A stretch of DNA of 5,487 bases from a virus, in the IMG/VR virus record IMGVR_UViG_3300029179_000155, positions 1 to 5,487 of that record. One strand, written 5' to 3'. Position numbers and translations under genes: made by a program. Shown here piece after piece: positions 1-4,075 of the stretch (within the stretch, counting starts at the first letter, position 1; each line of letters begins with the position of its first letter). Under the pieces are notes generated by a model, which worked only from the letters and a program-made list of their open reading frames with translations, ran no database searches and had not been told where the DNA came from.

Positions 1-99
1 TATTAACTGTGCTGTTGTATATGTTGCTCCACCTGTGTTTGCTACTGTTTCTGGTAGATAACTTGCTGTATTTGGATTTGATACTCCGCTGATTACGTA
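1..99. repeat. Terminal redundancy, copy 1 (identical to 5389-5487); marks a circular genome of 5,388 nt
   Basis: Base-by-base comparison shows that tattaactgtgctgttgtat...ccgctgattacgta at 1-99 recurs exactly at 5389-5487. The repeat lies inside an uninterrupted reading frame, as expected for an assembly overlap rather than a biological repeat. Confidence 0.96.
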
Positions 100-663
100 T
101 GCGTTTTCTTCTTGTTTATTTGCATAATAGTTCTTAAATATATCCCAATATGCTAATAATGGTACAGCGTTCACCCTTCTTTTCATTATTGTTACATCTC
201 CTGTTAATGTTTTAGGAGAACCAATTCCTCGCAAGCCTAAATATGAAATTAGTGAGCTTGGGTTGAATCCTATTGCTGAGTTGTTGCTATCTACTGTTTT
301 TACTACATCCTTTAGGCTTAGTTCTGGTAATCGAATACTTTTCATATTCATCCCAATGTTTAACTCATTGTTGTGTAGTCTTGCGTTGTATAATCTTATT
401 GGCGTTACGAACACATCCATTTGTAATTTGAAACTCCCAAACAATGGTCCGATAGTTGGCATTGTTCTTACCATTGTTTCTAAATCAATATCAAATGAAT
501 CTCCGTTTAATCCAATTTCTGTCATAAATGGAACTAATGTTCCTGGACTTAGTGTTGATCTCCATACTCTACTAAGATCGTGGTTGCTTCTTCCGAATCC
601 GTGTAAATCCACGTTCATGTTGTTGCCTGATCCTAGTCTTTGTCCTCCGATTGTTTTTTTCAT
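1..663 (-). CDS. VP1: Major capsid protein VP1 (F-like), N-terminal 221 codons; continues across the circular junction into 5388..4075
   Basis: Hand translation of the minus strand from the ATG at 663..661 gives MKKTIGGQRLGSGNNMNVDLHGFGRSNHDLSRVWRSTLSPGTLVPFMTEIGLNGDSFDIDLETMVRTMPTIGPLFGSFKLQMDVFVTPIRLYNARL...AVPLLAYWDIFKNYYANKQEENAY...TAQLI. There is no in-frame stop down to base 1. Base 1 is a codon boundary and joins in frame to 5388. The N-terminal GTLVP...GDSF and LLAYWDIFKNYY blocks look like microvirus capsid N-terminal motifs. The supplied track omits this ORF because it is open at the window edge. Confidence 0.92.
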   Translation of the reverse strand, partial: MKKTIGGQRLGSGNNMNVDLHGFGRSNHDLSRVWRSTLSPGTLVPFMTEIGLNGDSFDIDLETMVRTMPTIGPLFGSFKLQMDVFVTPIRLYNARLHNNELNIGMNMKSIRLPELSLKDVVKTVDSNNSAIGFNPSSLISYLGLRGIGSPKTLTGDVTIMKRRVNAVPLLAYWDIFKNYYANKQEENAYVISGVSNPNTASYLPETVANTGGATYTTAQLI

Positions 664-938
664 TTTCCTTCTTTGTTATATGTTTCAATCAATACACATA
701 TTGAATTCAAGATTAATTTCCAATCTTTTTTCTCAATGTCTTCTAGTTGTTTTTCTTTTGCTAACTTTCCTTGATAACCTTCGTTTTGTCCGCATTTTTC
801 CCTTGCTATTACGTGATTTCCGATTAATGTTAGTACCTCTACGTTTTCTTGTTCGTCTACTTTAGTAACTACATTAAAGGGGGTATTTTCCAATCTTTTA
901 TCTTCTGAATATTCTATTTTTGTTTCTTTTGTTGCCAT
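660..938 (-). CDS. Hypothetical protein, 92 aa, directly upstream of VP1
   Basis: ORF from the supplied track. Its TGA stop (662..660) overlaps the VP1 ATG (663..661) as ATGA. Its own ATG (938) lies 1 nt after the stop of the preceding micro-ORF. I recognise no motif. Confidence 0.6.
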   Translation of the reverse strand: MATKETKIEYSEDKRLENTPFNVVTKVDEQENVEVLTLIGNHVIAREKCGQNEGYQGKLAKEKQLEDIEKKDWKLILNSICVLIETYNKEGK

Positions 939-939
939 T

Positions 940-1020
940 TTATTTTTTGTTAAATAATTTTCCTATTATTGCTCCCATGAGCATAAATACTAAACACACT
1001 ATTACTTCGTTTTGTTGCAT
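940..1020 (-). CDS. Candidate 26-aa single-pass membrane micro-protein (MQQNEVIVCLVFMLMGAIIGKLFNKK)
   Basis: Hand translation runs from ATG 1020..1018 to TAA 942..940. The peptide has a polar N-terminus, a ~15-18 residue hydrophobic core and a basic C-terminus (KLFNKK). It fills the gap between two ORFs, and its stop is 1 nt from the next ATG. It is below the size cutoff of the ORF track. Confidence 0.35.
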   Translation of the reverse strand: MQQNEVIVCLVFMLMGAIIGKLFNKK

Positions 1021-1053
1021 CTTGTAATCATTTTTAAAATGTTTGCCACAAAG

Positions 1054-1239
1054 CTAATGATTTTCTGCCATTTCTTCATCTTCTTTTGATTTTATATACT
1101 TTAATACTCTTTGGATTGCTTGTTCCACGTAGAACAATTCCGTTCTTATTTCTCTCGAATACTCTTTGTCTTCCATTGTCAGCTTTATTCTTGCATTGCA
1201 AGTTGTTGATAGTAAGCGTTTTAACTGTTTTTCTGTCAT
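1054..1239 (-). CDS. Hypothetical protein, 61 aa, charged and probably helical; first gene after the promoter
   Basis: ORF from the supplied track (MTEKQLKRLL...EEMAENH). It has an A-rich leader (AATAAAAAAAAGAAATG) and sits ~22 nt downstream of a TAnnTTTG box. It ends with TAG at 1056..1054. Confidence 0.55.
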   Translation of the reverse strand: MTEKQLKRLLSTTCNARIKLTMEDKEYSREIRTELFYVEQAIQRVLKYIKSKEDEEMAENH

Positions 1240-1260
1240 TTCTTTTTTTTATTGTTTATG

Positions 1261-1291
1261 CAAATATACTATTTATATCTAAATTTCCAAA
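1261..1291 (-). promoter_or_regulatory. Bacteroidetes-type promoter: -33 TTTG (1291..1288), 19-nt spacer, -7 TATATTTG (1268..1261)
   Basis: The minus strand reads TTTG-N19-TATATTTG. This matches the Bacteroides primary-sigma consensus TTTG ... TAnnTTTG with the expected spacing. It lies 22 nt upstream of the ATG at 1239. CAAAnnTA occurs only twice on the plus strand in my scan, and this is the only copy with a correctly spaced -33 element. Confidence 0.5.
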
Positions 1292-1445
1292 TTCTTTTAA
1301 TTATGAAAAACCACGCGGGGATTAAACCCGAAGGGGGTTTACCTAGCGGAGCGATCTTATCTTTTGCGTTAAGTGCATTTTCGATTACCTTGTCGCCCCT
1401 TGTTTTGCTGCCCTTTTTTGTTCCCCTGCGGATTCTTATTAACAT
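1269..1445 (-). CDS. Unlisted 58-aa highly basic ORF; candidate J-like DNA-binding/packaging protein
   Basis: Hand translation from ATG 1445..1443 to TAG 1271..1269 gives MLIRIRRGTKKGSKTRGDKVIENALNAKDKIAPLGKPPSGLIPAWFFIIKRIWKFRYK. It has 16 K/R against 3 D/E, a Pro/Gly-rich middle and an aromatic/hydrophobic C-terminus. It has an A-rich leader (AAATAAAAAAGAATATAATAAGACGATG). It coincides with a GC-rich island: by hand count, 61/120 G+C at 1311-1430 against 23/120 at 1441-1560. No homology check was possible. Confidence 0.45.
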   Translation of the reverse strand: MLIRIRRGTKKGSKTRGDKVIENALNAKDKIAPLGKPPSGLIPAWFFIIKRIWKFRYK

Positions 1446-1499
1446 CGTCTTATTATATTCTTTTTTATTTAAATAGATATAAGATATTATTATGGTATA

Positions 1500-1527
1500 C
1501 TGTTAATACTGTTGATAATGTTTGTAA
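1500..1527 (+). repeat. Iteron cluster 1: three tandem 9-mers, TGTTAATAC / TGTTGATAA / TGTTTGTAA
   Basis: Read directly, with 9-nt periodicity starting at 1501, 1510 and 1519. A degenerate fourth unit (cGTTGATTT) follows at 1530-1538. Confidence 0.75.
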
Positions 1528-1561
1528 TTCGTTGATTTATATTGTTTTATCTCTTTTTTGC

Positions 1562-1595
1562 CTGTTAATAACGTTGTTAATAACTTGTTTGTAAC
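1562..1595 (+). repeat. Iteron cluster 2: CTGTTAATAAC / TTGTTAATAAC / TTGTTTGTAAC
   Basis: Units start at 1562, 1574 and 1585, giving an 11-12 nt period of about one helical turn. The unit order matches cluster 1. TGTTTGTAA is identical at 1519-1527 and 1586-1594. Confidence 0.8.
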
Positions 1596-1623
1596 TTTTT
1601 GCATAATGGATATTTATACATAT

Positions 1624-1673
1624 CTGTTAATAACTCTATTAGTTATCAGCATGTTTTCAACATAGTTATCAAC
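1624..1673. promoter_or_regulatory. Third CTGTTAATAAC copy forming an imperfect inverted repeat with GTTATCAGC, plus a further GTTATCAAC copy over the rep stop codon; candidate origin core
   Basis: CTGTTAATAAC at 1624-1634 is an exact 11-mer copy of 1562-1572. ATAAC (1630-1634) and GTTAT (1642-1646) flank the 7-nt spacer tctatta, and outer pairs extend the stem to 1625/1651. GTTATCAGC (1642-1650) and GTTATCAAC (1665-1673) are minus-strand copies of the same motif, GYTRATAAC. Confidence 0.45.
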
Positions 1674-2676
1674 CGTTTTTATATAGTTTTTCCACACGTT
1701 CTTTTTCTGCATTTTCTTTTGTTTTTCTCCTCAGCATTGCGTATGTAATGTTGTATTCTTTTTTTTTCCATTCTTTACTATCGTTGCCAAATCCTAGTTG
1801 TTCGTTTATTCGTCTTGCCCATATCATTTCTTCTCCAAGTTTTTTTAATCCTTCTTCTGTTTTTACGTCAAATTCTTGTCCGTTTAGATATGCTATACCT
1901 TTATCTAGTTTTTGTAACCATAGTGCTTCTCTCATTTCTTCATTGTATATTTTATTTCTGTAGTATATTGGCAGTGCTACTTCGTGTCCGTTCGGTAGCC
2001 TGTAGCTTTCTTTAGTTTGTCCTATTTCGTCGTTGAAGTAGTTTCTTTTAACTGTTGTTGTTTGTATATATCCTTTTCCTATGCCTGGACTTGTTAATAT
2101 TATTGGTGTGTAGCCTTTGTGTTGGTTGTCTATTTTTGTGGCATATTTTATGATGTAATTTATTGTTTTACTATTACAATATTTTCCTATGTGTACGAAT
2201 CCATATTTCCATAGTTCTGTTAATTCTTCTACTTCTATATCTTTGAATAGTATTCCATGAAGATGTATTCTTTCTGTGTTTTCGTGTCCTAATTCTGTTA
2301 TTAGCCAATGTTTTATTGATTTCTTGTATTTTTTCCTATGTCTTTCTAGGAATCTTTTTACTGCGATTTTTGCTATAGCGTTGCTTTCTGTTGTGTTTTT
2401 TTCTTTACATAGTTTTATTAGTTCTTCGTTGCTAAATGTTAGCGTTACGAATTTTGCATGCTTTTCTGTTTTCATTTCTTCGGTAAGTCTTATTCTCCAT
2501 TCTCTTGACTTTGCTTTGCAGCATTCTTTGCATTTTCCGCATGCTATTGGCACTTTTTTTAATCTTTCATCGTTGCATTTTGGAATTATCCCTTTGTTTT
2601 TTTTGTTTGCTTTATATTTTGCGTTTTCTATAAATTTTGGGTATAAACACATATCTTCTAAATTTATAAGGGGCAT
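1669..2676 (-). CDS. VP4: Replication initiation protein VP4 (HUH rolling-circle endonuclease, phiX174 gpA-like); the start may be M9 at 2652
   Basis: The track ORF is 335 aa. It carries RCR motif 1 FVTLTF, motif 2 IHLHGILF (HUH) and motif 3 NYIIKYATK (the Y-x-x-K-Y two-tyrosine arrangement seen in gpA). There is an N-terminal Cys cluster (CGKCKECC). The ATG at 2676 sits inside a GC stem-loop. The internal M9 gives MCLYPKF..., which resembles the usual MC..P N-terminus of the family. Confidence 0.94.
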   Translation of the reverse strand: MPLINLEDMCLYPKFIENAKYKANKKNKGIIPKCNDERLKKVPIACGKCKECCKAKSREWRIRLTEEMKTEKHAKFVTLTFSNEELIKLCKEKNTTESNAIAKIAVKRFLERHRKKYKKSIKHWLITELGHENTERIHLHGILFKDIEVEELTELWKYGFVHIGKYCNSKTINYIIKYATKIDNQHKGYTPIILTSPGIGKGYIQTTTVKRNYFNDEIGQTKESYRLPNGHEVALPIYYRNKIYNEEMREALWLQKLDKGIAYLNGQEFDVKTEEGLKKLGEEMIWARRINEQLGFGNDSKEWKKKEYNITYAMLRRKTKENAEKERVEKLYKNG

Positions 2677-2687
2677 TTCTGCCCCTT
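2668..2687. promoter_or_regulatory. GC-clamped stem-loop AAGGGGCA-tttc-TGCCCCTT between VP2 and VP4 (candidate attenuator or leaky terminator)
   Basis: A perfect 8-bp stem (2668-2675 / 2680-2687) with a 4-nt loop. It contains the upstream candidate rep ATG (2676..2674). Confidence 0.55.
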
Positions 2688-2707
2688 TGTTTATTTTCTG
2701 AATCCTT

Positions 2708-3670
2708 TCATTTTACAGGTCCGCTTTGCATCATTTGTTTTGCTCCGCCTACTGCTTTTACTCCTCCAAATATTGCTTCCATTGCGTTGCGCGTCCATCC
2801 CTGCGCTTCTACTACCCCATTGTTTCTTATTACTTCCTCTAGTTGTCTTTCTCCGAAGCCTTGCGCCCATTCTGTATTAAGAATTTCGCTTGCTATCTTT
2901 TTGGCTTGATCTTCTGTTAATCCTGCCTGCTTATTTGTTAGCAGTGCTTTTTCAATCAGAAGATTTCCTTCTTTTTCTGCGTTTGTTATTGCTAGCTTAT
3001 TGATTTGATCTCTTGTTTGATTATCAATTCCTTTCTCTGTTGCTTGTTCTTGTGTCAGCACTGTTTGTTGTGTCATCAACCTCAATGCTTCGCTTGCTTT
3101 TTGTATTTCTATGTCTGTTGTCGCTCCTGCTACTTCTGCTCTTGCTTTTTCTGTTGCTGTTTGCATTTCTGTTAATTGCATTTGCGCTTTTTTATTTCCT
3201 GCTGCTGCTAGTGTGTCGGCTATTTGCGCATATGTTAATTCAGTGTCAGCTCCTTTTTTCTTTTCTGTGTCTGCGTTTAGGTTTTCCGCTTGTGCTTCTT
3301 TTAATTTTACATCCGCCATCGTTTGGGCTGCTGCTATTCCGCTTTGCAGTGCCATTCCTGCTACTGGTTGTGTCATTTCAACCCCTGCTCCCTGTGCTCC
3401 TGTTGCTGCTTGTGCTCCCCCTCCTGCGCCTGCTGCGCCTCCACTGTACACTAATGCAGGGTTTAACCCTGCTTCTTGTAGTTGTTGTTTTTTTGCTGCT
3501 GGGCTGTTCCATTCCCTTAATAGACCCATTGTTTTAATACTTCTTTCTTGTGCATTGTCGGCAGCTTTTTCGTTATATTCAAATTGTCTTTTTTGTGCCT
3601 TCTTTTGCATTAATCCCTGTGCTAGTCCGCTTACTGCGCCTATTCCTGCACCTGCTATTTCTCCCCACAT
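2708..3670 (-). CDS. VP2: Minor capsid / DNA pilot protein VP2 (H-like)
   Basis: The track ORF is 320 aa. It has a Gly/Ala-rich hydrophobic N-terminus (MWGEIAGAGIGAVSGLAQGL), the QEAGLNPALVY block typical of microvirus VP2, a Gly/Ala tract, and a long Q/E/K/A-rich central region that looks like a coiled coil. It sits directly after the capsid gene. The stop is TGA at 2710..2708. Confidence 0.85.
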   Translation of the reverse strand: MWGEIAGAGIGAVSGLAQGLMQKKAQKRQFEYNEKAADNAQERSIKTMGLLREWNSPAAKKQQLQEAGLNPALVYSGGAAGAGGGAQAATGAQGAGVEMTQPVAGMALQSGIAAAQTMADVKLKEAQAENLNADTEKKKGADTELTYAQIADTLAAAGNKKAQMQLTEMQTATEKARAEVAGATTDIEIQKASEALRLMTQQTVLTQEQATEKGIDNQTRDQINKLAITNAEKEGNLLIEKALLTNKQAGLTEDQAKKIASEILNTEWAQGFGERQLEEVIRNNGVVEAQGWTRNAMEAIFGGVKAVGGAKQMMQSGPVK

Positions 3671-3685
3671 AATTGTATACTTCTA

Positions 3686-3709
3686 AAGGGGGAAATGTTT
3701 TTCCCCCTT
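3686..3709. terminator. GC-clamped stem-loop AAGGGGGAAA-tgtt-TTTCCCCCTT upstream of VP2 (candidate leaky terminator or mRNA-stabilising hairpin)
   Basis: A perfect 10-bp stem (3686-3695 / 3700-3709) with a 4-nt loop, 16 nt upstream of the VP2 ATG. In mRNA sense it is followed only by UUUAGAAG, a weak U-tract. On the plus strand it is followed by a long T-rich run. Confidence 0.4.
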
Positions 3710-3775
3710 GATTATTTTTCGTGCTTTTTTTAAAAAGCTATTCTTGTCTCCTTGTTAATATAGAACAGACACGTA

Positions 3776-4075
3776 CTACTCAGTCGTTGTCTGTTGGCTC
3801 GGGTCTCCCGATTTCTCATTTTGCCTTTGCTCTCGTTTTGCGATAATTGATTTTGATACTTTGTCGGATGCTTCTAGTGCTACATCAAATCTATCTGTTC
3901 TGATGTCATATTCTGGTGCTAGTCCGTCGCTTCGTTCTTGATATGCCATTGTTACACTATCTTCTATTCCCTCTCCTGTTTCCATCATTTGGGCGATTGT
4001 TTCCTCTAGTGTTAATGCTTCTACTGTGTCATTAACCATTATTCTACATTCTGGTTTTATTGTTCTGTAATACAT
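3776..4075 (-). CDS. Hypothetical 99-aa acidic protein downstream of VP1 (possible scaffolding-type protein)
   Basis: The track ORF 3776..4270 is trimmed here to the ATG at 4075..4073, which overlaps the VP1 TAA stop (4077..4075) as TAATG. The product is MYYRTIKPECRIMVNDTVEALTLEETIAQMMETGEGIEDSVTMAYQERSDGLAPEYDIRTDRFDVALEASDKVSKSIIAKREQRQNEKSGDPSQQTTTE. It is acidic and predicted helical. The functional label is a guess. Confidence 0.65.
   Translation of the reverse strand: MYYRTIKPECRIMVNDTVEALTLEETIAQMMETGEGIEDSVTMAYQERSDGLAPEYDIRTDRFDVALEASDKVSKSIIAKREQRQNEKSGDPSQQTTTE

Noticed and set aside
1-99. The terminal direct repeat as a biological LTR, DTR or packaging repeat
   Set aside because: It lies inside the capsid reading frame and restores that frame exactly on circularisation. 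Microviruses have circular genomes. The overlap is therefore most simply an assembly artefact.
1049-1056. A second TAnnTTTG box (TAGCTTTG, minus strand) overlapping the stop of the 61-aa ORF, as an internal promoter for the micro-ORF
   Set aside because: There is no TTTG -33 element at the expected 19-21 nt spacing upstream. A single 8-mer match with two free positions is weak evidence on its own.
1396-1426. G-runs on the minus strand (GGGG, GGG, GGGG) as a G-quadruplex
   Set aside because: Only three runs of three or more G lie close together. The loops are 9-11 nt, and the fourth run is ~65 nt away. This does not fit a canonical G4. The runs are better explained by Gly/Arg codons or by pairing with the upstream C/G runs.
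1300-1440. The GC-rich island as a tRNA or tRNA-like gene
   Set aside because: I could find no acceptor-stem complementarity at cloverleaf spacing, no GTTCRANYC T-loop box and no D-arm consensus on either strand.
1503-1604. A 33-aa minus-strand ORF (MQKVTNKLLTTLLTGKKEIKQYKSTNYKHYQQY) across the iteron region
   Set aside because: Its sequence is dictated by the repeats (LLTTLLT comes from the tandem TGTTAATAAC units). It has no distinctive protein features, and its start context lies in the dif-like palindrome. The region is more plausibly cis-acting DNA.
1499-1634. The short repeat array as a CRISPR array
   Set aside because: The units are only 9-12 nt and are directly abutting, with no unique spacers of ~30 nt. 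The copies are degenerate and occur in both orientations. This is iteron-like, not CRISPR.
1564-1634. Similarity of TTAATAAC to the AT-rich part of the phiX174 origin (CAACTTGATATTAATAAC..., recalled from memory)
   Set aside because: There are only 8 identical nucleotides, all in AT-rich sequence. The motif is near-palindromic, and strand assignment relative to the viral strand is ambiguous. This is not enough to claim homology, although it is compatible with the origin hypothesis.
3723-3738. The palindrome GCTTTTTTTAAAAAGC between the 99-aa ORF and VP2
   Set aside because: Apart from the two GC clamp pairs, it is purely an A/T stem with an essentially zero-length loop. It is weak thermodynamically and easily produced by chance in this composition. 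It is noted only as a possible protein-binding palindrome.
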